The position numbers and the translations under genes were made by a program. A DNA stretch of 64,000 nucleotides from Oikopleura dioica (taxonomy: Eukaryota; Animalia; Chordata), in contig OU015570.1 in assembly GCA_907165135.1 (NCBI GenBank), forward strand, positions 1,116,001 through 1,180,000, read 5' to 3'. The notes beneath the pieces were generated by a model, which saw nothing but the letters and a program-made list of their open reading frames with translations, did not search any database and was not told where the DNA came from. Position 1 is the first letter of the stretch. The number at the start of each line of letters is the position of its first letter. Below, piece by piece: positions 1 through 11,009 of this stretch.

Positions 1-1
1 T

Positions 2-773
2 GAAGTTAATTGTGAAGTCCCTAGCGGCTTCTTTTGCCTCGACTGTCTCGAACGATATTTTCTATTATTCTCGATCAGACTTAGCAAAAACAACTGCGAA
101 ACCTTCAAAACTTTTCTCGCCGAACATGGAACTACAAAATACCACGTCAAGTATCAAATGGTGCCACCTCACAGAAAGCCAAGAAGCCGTCGAAGGCGTC
201 AAGCTCAAATTCTAGCTTCCGTTGGTGTCCCGATACTGCTGTCCGGAGCGACAAGCTTTGTTACAAACAAAATCATGGACAGGAAGCAGAATGAAAAAAT
301 CTAAAATAAGCGGAAAACCGTCCAGATGTCGTCGCTTCAGCAAAAAGATCAAACACAACTCGTACAATCTGACATTCAAAAAATTGATTTCGAATTCGAT
401 CATATCTACGAGACAGTGAACAAAGTAACTGAAAGGCAATGCAATTGGAAAATTTGCAAATCGAACAAGTTTCTTTTAGCCAGAAATGTATTCTGAACTC
501 GAAAAAACCGAGGATCTTGTTTATCCCGAGCTATCGGAAATCTACAGAAAAGTAAAACCGCTATCATTCTACATCATGGCGATTTGTACCGTAATATCAG
601 TCGCAATGATATTGTTCTTTCTCTTCAAATACATCCATCAAATGAAAAAGAAAATTTTCAATCGTTTCAGAAGTCAAGAAAATCAATATCACGAAAATCA
701 ACCACTTGCGCCACAAACATCAACAAGAAATCGAAGTCGTTCTTCTAGAAGCTTTCGCCAATACAACCTCTAA
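2..773 (+). pseudogene. env: env-like glycoprotein (C-terminal half) of an LTR retrotransposon, element A
   Basis: Manual translation from nt 2 gives ...HRKPRSRRRR|QAQILASVGVPILLSGATSFV (furin site plus hydrophobic peptide). Stop at 302-304, then a heptad-like region, a frameshift, and the ORF 486-773 TM helix IMAICTVISVAMILFFLF with a basic tail. Confidence 0.7.
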
Positions 774-799
774 ACCAGCATCATATACAACTCTTCTCT

Positions 800-1250
800 T
801 CCGCCGCGCTCAACATTCTTGCCCGCTACGCCACGCTCACCAATTTTCACACCTCGTCGCTACCATCAACTCCGCTGGCGCGCAGCGCCTGCCACAACGC
901 CACGTTCGTCCCTTACTACTCCGTCGCGCGACTCGATGTCCAACTTCACACATTGCCGCGCCCGGCGCGCGCAGAGCCTGCCAGAGTCAACGCCACTTTC
1001 TTCACTTACTACTCCGTCGGGCCACTCGATGTCCAACTTCACACCTTGCCGCGCCCGACGCGCGCAGCGCCTGCCCCAACGTCACTTTCGTCACTTACCA
1101 CTCCGTCGCGCCCGCCGCTGTCCAACTTCACACCTTGCCGCGCCCAGCGCGCGCAGCGCCTGCCTTACCTCCGCTTTCGTCACTTACCACTCCGTCGCGG
1201 CACTCGCCATCCAACTTGACACCTCGCCGCTGCTCCGCGCAGTCAAAAAA
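800..1250. repeat. GC-rich tandem repeat, ~90 bp unit, 4-5 degenerate copies
   Basis: Recurring actccgtcgcg...tccaacttcacac.ttgccgcgccc..cgcgcgcagcgcctgcc. Confidence 0.8.
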
Positions 1251-1602
1251 TGTACAATTTTCTAAAAGAAAAATTATGACGTCACCAACATTCCTCGGCT
1301 GCAGAAAAGCAAGGTTTATGGTTTTTATTTTGGAAAACATAAAAATTCCTCAATTAAAGAAAAGTGTTATATTTGGATTCACAGCAAAAGAAAAAATGTC
1401 AGTAACTCAATCAGAACAATCAAGCAAAATATGCAAGAACTTGTCTTCGAATTTCAGACGAGTATTCATTCTGTAGCTCGTCAGACCAAGCTTGAACGAA
1501 AGTACGATGATACACCAACTAGCGATCTCGGAAGAAAGAATAGTCGTCCAGAAGCTCGCTGTGCTGAGGCATCCAGAGGGTTGGAGAGCAGGCGTCACCT
1601 AG

Positions 1603-1989
1603 TCAAAGAAGCTCTTGACAAACTTGGTCTTGGCAGAATTCATAGAGAATCCAACGAAAACGTCTTGTAAAGCCGCAGTCGAATTGCGGAGTCATGGTTT
1701 CAAGTACTGTATAAGTTTCCGCATAAAAACCGATGTAAGCGCCCACTGGTTCTCCCCAACGAAGCCGATACGACGCTGCGCCGACAATCTCTTCGCCATC
1801 GTCAAGACCTCCAGTTTCAGCAAAAATCCGAGCAACACGTCCGAGTCTTCGATTCCACTCTTGAAGAGTTTCTGGCTCGTTGAAATTTTCCATAACAAAT
1901 CGTAGATCATTCATTATCAACAAACAGCGATGATACTGAAGTACTCTGACACTTGAACTCTTGAGGAATTTGCTTACCTTCTGGATCAC
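1603..1989 (-). CDS. hypothetical ORF (128 aa) in the post-env region
   Basis: Non-repetitive, protein-like composition; no recognised motif. Confidence 0.3.
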   Translation of the reverse strand: MIQKVSKFLKSSSVRVLQYHRCLLIMNDLRFVMENFNEPETLQEWNRRLGRVARIFAETGGLDDGEEIVGAASYRLRWGEPVGAYIGFYAETYTVLETMTPQFDCGFTRRFRWILYEFCQDQVCQELL

Positions 1990-2100
1990 GAGAAGCCGCC
2001 GTATCAGCAGACGCTTTATCGCCAGGGCGCACTGAAATAAAAGTCAGAACTGAAGATATGGAAGCTCAAACTGAGAAAAAACAGCAAACGAGAAAATAAA

Positions 2101-2691
2101 ATGCCACGAAGAAACAGAAGAAGTTGCTACGACTGCGACGACTTTACGAAACGACATCGCCTTCTTGACCCTTCGCATTTATGGTTCAAGGAGACTCTCG
2201 AACATGGGGTATTCCAAAAGGACCAAATTGTCGCGACAGCAGATGGAGGCGAATTTTGGATACACGTTGTTGGTAAGAAATCCGGTCAATTAGAATATCT
2301 CAACTGCTCGGAACGAGGAATGATATGGTTTAAAATGGAAGACCCTACTTCAAGCGATATCAAGGATTTAAAAAAGGAACTAACCGAATTAAAAAAACAA
2401 CTGGCATCCCTTGAAGAAACTATGCTTGGCCCCTTCAGAAGCGCTAGTGAACTCGAAATTAGAAATGAACTCAGCAAAATTAGCGACAGTGACTCTAGCG
2501 AAAATGAATCCAGCGATACGGTACAGTTAATTATGGAATTTTTGGACATTTTTTGTCCCAAGATTTTCGCAAAAATGTCCAAAAATTTGATACGGGCACT
2601 TTTGAAAAGTGTCCCAAGAAAACCCCTTAAAAAAGCAAAAATGTCCAAAAATTTGATGTCCGAAAATTCCATAAAAAACTGTATAAAATAA
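2101..2691 (+). CDS. hypothetical protein (196 aa) with central coiled coil
   Basis: ATG-initiated ORF; IKDLKKELTELKKQLASLEETML heptads; followed by an A-rich tract. Confidence 0.4.
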   Translation: MPRRNRRSCYDCDDFTKRHRLLDPSHLWFKETLEHGVFQKDQIVATADGGEFWIHVVGKKSGQLEYLNCSERGMIWFKMEDPTSSDIKDLKKELTELKKQLASLEETMLGPFRSASELEIRNELSKISDSDSSENESSDTVQLIMEFLDIFCPKIFAKMSKNLIRALLKSVPRKPLKKAKMSKNLMSENSIKNCIK

Positions 2692-3247
2692 AAATATCAA
2701 AAATTCAAAAAAAAATAAATTAAATAAGAAACATTTTTTTTTCTTATTTCAATATCTTTGACAACAAACAATGCTGACAAGGATGCTACTATTCATATTG
2801 ACTGATCGATCCATTTCAAAAATCCTCATAACTCAATCCTCAATATTATTATAATTTTTTTTAATCCTCCTCATCGTATTTACTAACAAAAACGTGCAAT
2901 AATTATAAACTTCTAGCTTTATCTTTTTCATGAGGAGGGGAGTTGTATATATATTATTTCGTAATTTTTATGCGTGTGTAAAAATCTTAGAAAACCAACT
3001 GAATTAAAAAATCATTAAAATTTAAAAATAATCAACAGAAAAAGAATCATAAAATCTAACAAAGAAAAACAAAAAGAAGTTACTAACAAAAGTTACCTGT
3101 ATTTTTCTGTGAAAATTATCGCCACGTTCTTTTCGCTGTATCTCAAATCTATATTTCAAATCTTTATTTTTACATTGATTGCTTAAGCTCTTACCTGTTA
3201 TCTTTTATGTTTTCTTACTGATTTATTTCGCCTTTTCTCTTGGACTT

Positions 3248-3480
3248 GGGAGGGATGTGAGATCGGAATTTTCCTCGAGCTCACTTCTCCCTCGTCCCCC
3301 TCATCTTTTATCATTAGGCCAGGCACCCCGCGCACAAGAAAAAGCCCTGCACTACCTTTAACAACACACTCTCTGAATTACTGAATAAAACAATAGAACC
3401 GGCCAAGTAAGGTTCCCTTTCCTGCAGGAAACAAAGAGAACAACTACGAGAGAAAGTTCAGATCTCTCACTTTCTGGACA
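3248..3480 (+). repeat. putative PPT plus 3' LTR of element A
   Basis: gggaggga (3248-3255) directly followed by TGTGAGATC; aataaa at ~3385; gatctctcac (3461) roughly inverts the start; ends ...ggaCA at 3480. No partner LTR in the window. Confidence 0.45.
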
Positions 3481-3555
3481 TTCGGGGATAACAAGGGCGT
3501 TCCGTTACTTCGGTATTATTTTTAGATGCAGAGGTAAACGCGAAATTATCATATA

Positions 3556-4187
3556 CAGTACACTCGCACAATTTGGCCCCGCACAATTCGGCCCCTTTTT
3601 CGAATTTCGCTAAAACGTTAGAAAATCGCACAATTTGGCCCCCTGACCCTCTTCATTAAAACTAATAATAGAACGAAAGTTTTATTTTATAGATATTTAT
3701 TGTTTCTTGAAGAAAGACAGAATTGTAGACTGCTTCGTTTTCTTCTGGGTGAGAGTTGAAACTTGGATGGTCGCGACTTCTTCGGCGTCCATGTTTTCTT
3801 CGACTTCTTCGGCTTCCTTGTTTTCTTCGTTTTCTTCGACTTCTTTCGGCTCTAACTTCTTTTGACAATCTTTTGACTCCAGTTCTCTTCCATGAAGCCC
3901 GAATAACATCATCGCCAACTGTGAGTGAAAGTTCAGCGATTTTTTTAGCACCATTTTCCAAAGATTGTGAGCTCTTATCAGTCAAGATCTGGACCTTCTC
4001 TCCTCCATCGTTTGTAAAATGTCGAAGCCATGGGCTTTCCATGCTCAGCCTCGAAAATTTTACTCACTTCCTCCGGCTTCATTTTTTGGATGACGATAAT
4101 TCGGGTGTACTACAATCTTGTTTCGAGAGAGACATCTAAGCGAGTACTCCCTAATTTCTTCCTTGGCTTGGTTTTTCTCTTCTTCAT
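3556..4187 (-). mobile_element. internally deleted pogo/Tigger-like transposon remnant
   Basis: TA+CAGTACACTCGCACAATT TIR-like end at 3556. Minus-strand translation from 4187, MKKRKTKPRKKLGSTRLDVSLETRL*YTRIIV...KIFEAEHGKPMASTFY, aligns by eye with the HTH ORF at 47385. C-terminus KQSTILSFFKKQ* is a PIP box. Confidence 0.55.
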
Positions 4188-4303
4188 TTTGAAAAAAAGC
4201 GCAAGAAATAATCTATCTCTAGGTATCTTACATATCGCAAAAACAACTATTAAAGAACTATTAAAGAAAGGCTTAAATTTAGAAAGTTCGTATGCAACAT
4301 GTA

Positions 4304-5662
4304 TTATGACTCATAATTTATGAGTGACGGAAACTGATGCGGTTCGTACTCGACTGTCAAGCCTGAAAAAAGAAAATTACGGTATGTATAGAAATCAATG
4401 CAAGGCAAATCGAGTCCATTTTGGTTAGAGCAAATTTTTGAGATGAGGTCCGCATTTTTCGATGTCGGTGACTTAGAAACAGAACTAGCAATGACGTCTT
4501 TAACACTGTCCCTGAATAGCGTCCAGTGTTGTATAAGTGAGGTTTCGAAAATTTTTGTTCCAAGGTTTCTTTCGTCACGACATTCACTTTTGAGCAAAGA
4601 TTTTATCATTCCTTCTTCGTGTTATATGCTAACTTTTAGATTCGCAATATCCTTTGCGGCCTCATCATCACAATCGTAACTATCTATATCGGTTCCCTTG
4701 ATTTCAGATTTAAAGTACTCACTCTATGGTGTTCATATCCTAGTCCCACTGCATCACCTCCCATGAGTCCGGCAACTACTAATGGAACCACTATTTCCCC
4801 AAATTGCCTTCTTTGTCGGTGCAAGATTCTCGAATCTTGGACGATAAGGGGGTTTATTTCGACAATTCCGATATCGTCGCAATTTTTATCAGTATGGGTT
4901 TCCTTATTGTCTATCAAAATAGTTGTTTCCTGGTGCCCTGGGCCCGAATATAAATAAAAACTAAGTGTGTAATTTTTCGACAATTTACTCATGTCAATAG
5001 GCTGAAGAACAGGCGCATCAAGAAACAAATATTCCTCGTTTCCTTCTACGGAAATATCCCTTAGTGACAATTTATCTCCATCGGGCGTGATTGATTTCAT
5101 TTCCCCGAAACGATTTTCCTGTTTTTCTAGTTGGACCATTATGTAGTTAGGATGCTCTTGCACAACAAACATTTATTGAAGAGTTCTAACCTGCCCGTTA
5201 ATGACAACTAGAACCTAGTTTAAGTACAGTGACGGGGTCTCTATCCGTCATTTTACCAAGAATTGATGAATCCTTTATTTCAATAGTATCAGTATCTCTC
5301 CCTTGAAGGTGATTTCTACGTTCGTTGCCTCCACCCATTTTAAAAACAGTATTATGAGATTCTCGCTAGATTCCTTGAATTAATTCGAATTTACCAGGCG
5401 CAAATGGCGGCGGTTGGGTTTGCGTCCAATCCGCAGTTAGTTTATTGAACCGATCTATGGCAACTTCCGTTCAGTTTGTTCTGGTCGAAAACCAGCCTTG
5501 TAAATTAATTTTATCATTGATGACTATGCACCGCATTTTTAGAGCTAAGTCAGCCTCGGTTACATCAGAAACCAAGTAGCTGTCTATTGTGTCTTTTGAA
5601 AGAAAAAACGTATTCGCGATAACTAATCCTAAAGAATTAAGTAAAGCTAGAAACAGCCCCAT
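4304..5662 (-). pseudogene. env: env-like glycoprotein remnant, second element
   Basis: Signal-peptide-like MGLFLALLNSLGLVIA (5662); HRQRR|QFGEIVVPLVVAGLMGGDAVGLG furin site plus fusion-type peptide in ORF 4684-5172; fragmented by stops and frameshifts; lies downstream of an integrase C-terminus. Confidence 0.7.
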
Positions 5663-5819
5663 TTCCGAGACCGTAAATTATACTTTGGGACGTGCGGAGT
5701 AGAATCGATCTTCAAATTCCCGGTGTCAAGTGGCGAAGGTGCAATTTCCTTTAGGGGGTTTTCTACATTGTTTTTAAGATAACCGTTTTCGATAAAGAGA
5801 CCTTTATTCATAAGTGTTT

Positions 5820-5975
5820 ATATGTCAACTTCGTCAAGCTTGATCCTAAGCAAATTTCTACGATTACGTTTAGTGCGATGGCCAGTAAGAACGTGTTGAA
5901 GTTGATAAGATCCGAATTGTAAAATTTTCATGACCCGGTACGGGCCTGTGTTATGGCGAGTGTGTCCTCATTTAC
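5820..5975 (-). pseudogene. pol: Ty3/gypsy integrase C-terminal GPY/F module fragment
   Basis: Manual translation NTGPYRVMKILQFGSYQLQHVLTGHRTKRNRRNLLRIK. Confidence 0.6.
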
Positions 5976-6755
5976 TTAGCTTTCTGTTTACTGCATCGCA
6001 TGATATGCCGTGTCAATTGGTCACCTTGAAAATGGCAACCCGGATTTGGACAAACTTCTTTTTGGGCGCTAATTCTTTCGTTATGAATGATCAGAAGCGG
6101 CCAGATGACTGTATCTAAATTCTTGTCTCCGTCATCGACCAAAAGACGTAGAGGAGTATTTTTGTATTTTTTCTTTTTCGTGTGGAAAAGACGCGCATTT
6201 GGCGGGTCGTCAAGAACGTAAAGCTAAATGTCTTTTTCTAGCGCGAAACTGAGATTTTTGAGGTCGCGGAATCGAAGTGGGTGAAAACCAGGCACTTTGA
6301 AGTGTTCTTCTATACTTCGAATTTTGAAACTAAAAACAGATAAAATTTGATCTTGAAAAATGCTCACTTACGCAACTTGTGAGTGGCACGTGATTTGACC
6401 AATGTATTTTTTCTCCAAAGCCTGTATAAGTAGCTGATTGTCTAACCAGAACAACCAAATGTCCTCACTATCGACTTGAAAATAAACGGCTCGCTCACTG
6501 ATCAGGAAAAAATTATCAGGGAAGAATGTTTTATTTTTGCGGTCGTAGACAATCGCGCAGAAGTTGACTTCAAAATAGTGCTCCATTTCTGTGATCGAAT
6601 GGTGGGCCAATGAATTATGGAGCTGGCGGAGCAGTAGCCATCTTTCTTGTTTTCTTTTTGAACCAAAATAATCTACAGGGTTGTCTCCGAATCCGATAAC
6701 CGCGGCCATAAGCAAAAAGGGGTTGAATCCATCTCTTTTTCTCTCTTTCTTCACT
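5976..6755 (-). pseudogene. spliced ORF resembling the N-terminal region of Polinton/Maverick protein-primed PolB, ending in a C2HC zinc finger
   Basis: A 42-bp GTAAGT...TTTTAG intron (6330-6371) joins in frame ...HSQVA|FKIRSIEEHFKVPGFHPLRFRDLKNLSFALEKDI*LYVL...CPNPGCHFQGDQLTRHIMRC. One internal stop. Confidence 0.4.
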
Positions 6756-6756
6756 A

Positions 6757-8306
6757 AAGAGCGTTTTTGCCAATATTTTCCAAATTTTGTTATCTGAAAA
6801 AATCCCAACTTTAGAGCGTTTTTAGGAATTTTTAATTAATAATTAGAATGACGTTTATTTCAACCTGAAAAATCATTGAAAAAAATTGTTTTCTACGCTT
6901 TTTTCTCAGGTGAAATCATAGCCTCTGATTCAAAGATCGTAATTTTTTATCATAAATAGGTAAAAATGACCTCAGATGCATTTTTAGAGTTTTGGAAAAA
7001 TTCTTTTATGCATTTTCATTCATCATTTTTTCCCACTGTCATCCTAGTTTGATCGTTAATTTTCTAACTTAAGAGCGTTTTGGTCTACCCTTGTCATCTG
7101 AAAAACGCTCTTAAGATGGAAAACGACGGTTTGCGTTGTTTTTAAGATTTTACTTGATTTCACGTCATTGTATCATACAAAATCACTGACGGGATGAATC
7201 ATCTGATAACATTATTAATCTGATACTGATAAGGCATATTAACACGTGATTAATTTAGATGTGCGCATATTAACACGTGCGTAATTGAAAGTAACGGCGC
7301 GTATCACGTGTTCGCTCATATGGGTTTTCAAGAACCCGACCCATGCACGGACCAGGTGCAACCACTTGAAAAAGCGCGTAAATCTTCGGACCAATATATA
7401 CTACTGGCATCGAATTAAAAGATTTATTTTTCTCTTCCGATCCCCCGGGGACATAAAGCTTCAACAACCGCTTTAGTCACCAGTAAGAGTGGGACTCGGC
7501 TTGGGCAAGACTAGACAAGACTCTGGGCCAGACTGATCTCTCCCTATCCGAAGGCCTGAGGTAGCGGGGCGTGCTCAGCAGCGCCGGGGGTCTACCCGAC
7601 GGCCTTGCACACTCCTCCACACTCACTCCTCGATGACATTTTTCAGATCGGGAGGGGATCCCTTAATTCGGGTGTAGGGCGGGTACGTTCGAAATTTCGA
7701 ACGCCGTTGGAGATTTTTCGAAATATTTCTGAAATTGCTTATAAAAATGAGCTCATATGCGCTCCGCGCCTGATTTGTAAGAAAACCCTCCCATAATGAT
7801 GCCAACTTCCTTTACTTACACGATTTCTATGGTTTCAGCTCATATTTTGGTAAAGATTTTTGGAAATTTCAAGCGCCGTTCGAAAAATGGGCCCAAAAAC
7901 CGATTTCGAACGTAGCCGCCCGCCACCCCTTAAATCTCGTCGTTTTCCATCTTAAGAGCGTTTTTCAGATGACAAGGGTAGACCAAATCGCTCTTAAGTT
8001 GGAAAATTTACGATCAAACTAGGATGACAGTGGGAAAAAATGATGAATGAAAATGCATAAAAAGAATTTTTCCAAAACTCTAAAAATGCATCTGAGGTCA
8101 TTTTTACCTATTTATGATAAAAAATTACGATCTTTGAATCAGAGGCTATGATTTCACCTGAGAAAAAGCGTAGAAAACATTTTTTCAATGATTTTTCAGG
8201 TTGAAATAAACGTTATTCTAATTATTAATTAAAAATTCCTAAAAACGCTCTAAAGTTGGGATTTTTCAGATAACAAAATTTGGAAAATATTGGCAAAAAC
8301 GCTCTT
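6757..8306. mobile_element. foldback-type element with ~370 bp inverted arms
   Basis: 6757-7128 is the near-perfect reverse complement of 7938-8306; a further interrupted copy lies at ~14617-15380. Confidence 0.8.
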
Positions 8307-8417
8307 AAGTTGGGCGCTCTTAAGATGGAATCGGAAGAGACGATTGTTTATCCTCTCACTACAAAAAACGTCTCTTTTGAGACTAAAAGTGCTCATATGC
8401 AGCATATGATATGCTTA

Positions 8418-9072
8418 GGGCAGACGCACAAAAATCAACCCCAAGAAAGCATCAAGGTAGAAAGCTTAAACTTCGGGACATAATGTAGTTCGACCAAACT
8501 AAAAAATTGCTATTGAAAATTTTTTGGTCTGGTCACGTGGTCACCTAATAAAGGCCTCCGAAAAGCTAAAAAGCTTGACGACCTTGAACGCCTGATCAAG
8601 GTCGATCAGCTCATACCTCAGAAGAAAGAGCTCAAAAAGTTATATAAGTATTATACTAAGTAGTAAATAATATTTTTGGTGGCGCAATCACGTGAGGCGG
8701 TAGAAGGGAAAGAAGCCCCAAAAAATGGGTAAAATATGGAAAAATCAAGCTTCCACGGGTTCATTGTTTTGTTGTTTTGGACGTTTCAGCGAGCTCTTCT
8801 GCCTCACGTGATCGCACCACCAATAATATTATTAGCTCTGTCAAAATAACTTTTTGAGCTCTTTCTTCTGAGGTATGAGCTGAACGACCTTGATCAGGCG
8901 TTCAAGGTCGTCAAGCTTTTTTAGCTTTTCGGAGGCCTGTGTCACGTGACCACAGGACCAAACCAAAAAATTTTCAATAGCAATTTTTTAGTTGGGTGGA
9001 ACTACATTATGTCCCTAAGTTTCCGCTTTCTACGTTGATGCTTTCTTGGGGTTGATTTTTGTGCGTCGGCCC
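8418..9072. mobile_element. palindromic MITE with ~230 bp TIRs, TA-flanked
   Basis: TA|GGGCAGACGCACAAAAATC ... GATTTTTGTGCGTCGGCCC|TA; arms are complementary. Confidence 0.8.
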
Positions 9073-9195
9073 TAGGTTTGTTTCAAAAATAATTTTGTTT
9101 GACTTTAATAATTTCGCGAAAAAAATTTGAAAAAACTCGAAATTCTCGCGTTCGCGTGAGGAGAAATTAAAAATTGTGTGCGTGATCGCAAAAAG

Positions 9196-9871
9196 GGCTC
9201 ACACTGACTATGTCGCCAAATGTCGCCGAATGTCGCTGAATGTCACCAAAAATAACAAAAACACCATGTTCTCGAAAACTTCCATTCTTGGTCATAATAT
9301 CGTTTTCTTTTAAAAACTGTTCTGATCGTTAAAAATATACAGTGTGAAGCACTTTTAAGGCGGACCATTTTAAGGCCACTTTTTCGGTAAATCCCTAAAT
9401 TCTGTCATCCTAAAAATCCACTTTAAGGCCACTTTTTTCAATTTCTCCTTATTGCCTTAAATTTTGATTTCCTTTATACTTCTCTTATAAATATTTAGAA
9501 GATTAATTTTAAGATCCTATTTTATTTTTACTGAAAATTAATATTCTGTACTTAAAATTTCATTCAATAAACATACAAACCTACGGGAGGAGGAATGATG
9601 TGGGGCGCTGTACAGCCTCGTACAGTAAATTCGTAATTTTAATAGAAATTCACATAAAACTAGCCATTAGAAACCTAAACAAAACATCCCGTCGGGTAAT
9701 CGTTGTGCGCTTCGCGCCTGCAAACTATGCAGTGCATAGTAGGGAACTCAAAGATTAAGTCTCTCAATTTTCGCGGCTCTGTCATTTTTTAGAGTGATTC
9801 AATTTCGATAACAACATATTTTTCTTTTGTGAGGCTATTTTGAACGAAACGGCGACATAGTCAGTGCGTCC
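9196..9871. mobile_element. MULE-like MITE (atgtcgccga subterminal family)
   Basis: TIRs cactgactatgtcgcc/ggcgacatagtcagtg; near-duplicated flank cgcaaaa(a)g. Confidence 0.6.
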
Positions 9872-9894
9872 CGCAAAAGGGATAAAATTGCCGA

Positions 9895-10607
9895 CGGGCG
9901 ATTTTAGTACAAATCCGACAATAGCACAAATCCGAAAATAGTACAAGGGCCAATTTTAATAAGGAGTAAAAATTTCAAATCCTTAGCCCCCTTTTTATTG
10001 TCTCATTGGAATGCCCATAAAAAGTTGCACTAGAAAACATGAGGTAAAGTGACTTAGTCATCGATAATGACGTCATTAGCGATGAGTAAAGTCCGAGATT
10101 TTCTAAACTTTCGGACGCTCTTTTTCCTAAAATATTTTTCGGTAAAATACATTAGATACAGGGTTTTGACCGTCTTAGGCCACTCTATGCAGGCAACCAA
10201 AAATGAAAAAATTTGAGTTGAAAAATTTTTTCATCTCTAGAAAAAATAGTTTTACATTAGTGATCAGATTTATTTTTCCAGGCCTGCATAGAGGAGCGTA
10301 AGACGATCATTTTCCATCTTCGAACTCTAATTTTCCTTCAGTAGAATAAAAATGAGAGCGTCCTAAAGTTTTGGGACTTTTGGAACTTCAGTCAATGTCT
10401 GTGACGTCATCGGACATGACTCAGCACACAAGACCACTTTTTCTGGAATAACTTTTCATGCTGTTTCCAATGAGCTAAAATAAGGGGGATTTTGGTTTTA
10501 AGTTTTCAACTTCTTATTGAAATTGGCCAAGTCCGACTTAAGTACAAATATTTTTGCTTTTACTATTGTCGGATTTGTACTAAAGTCGGATTTGTACTAT
10601 TGTCGGC
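9895..10607. mobile_element. old imperfect palindromic MITE
   Basis: tagtacaaatccgacaatag repeats inverted against ctattgtcggatttgtacta; internal halves partly complementary. Confidence 0.55.
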
Positions 10608-10850
10608 CCTTTTTGCGAAAAATCTCTAGAATGCTCATTCACCACCGGGACTTCGGACAAATTTTGCATTGTAAAATGTCCAAACGACTGAATGACGGAT
10701 GAGAGTCCGTCATTCAGGAATGATAATCGCGGTACTAAATGCGTCACTTTTTCGAAAATTTGTACTAAATGCGACGCTTTTCAAAAATTTGTACTAAAGT
10801 CGGCACTTTTTGTCAAAAAATTATAAAAAAGCGAAACATTTTTTGCATTA

Positions 10851-11009
10851 CTGTGGTGTGTGGAGTTGCTGCACTCTTAGCGGGTGCTGCGTTGCTGCAC
10901 CCTGACCCGCACTTTTTCTATTGTTTTCTTCTAGAAGTAGCAAAGTGAGTGCTGCGTTTCTGCACCTTTTACCGGCTGTCTAGGGGTGCAGCAACTCCAC
11001 ACACCACTG
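10851..11009. mobile_element. Tc1/mariner-like MITE
   Basis: TA|CTGTGGTGTGTGGAGTTGCTGCAC ... GTGCAGCAACTCCACACACCACTG|TA. Confidence 0.75.

Noticed and set aside
706-1476. 256-aa ORF and overlapping ORFs
   Set aside because: Open frames arise from a GC-rich tandem repeat; the same applies to 24968-25588, 26026-26492, 28721-29299 and 35251-35820.
1730-1830. Homology between ORF 1603-1989 (TGGLDDGEEIVG) and ORF 30063-30656 (RGCLDDAANILLG)
   Set aside because: Too short to distinguish from chance without a profile alignment.
4090-4125. KIVVHPNY trypsin-like motif on the minus strand
   Set aside because: Eight-residue coincidence in an alternative frame of the pogo-like HTH; no other protease motifs.
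7480-7600. Hammerhead ribozyme in a GC-rich structured stretch
   Set aside because: The CUGANGA and GAAA core elements are not present in the required arrangement.
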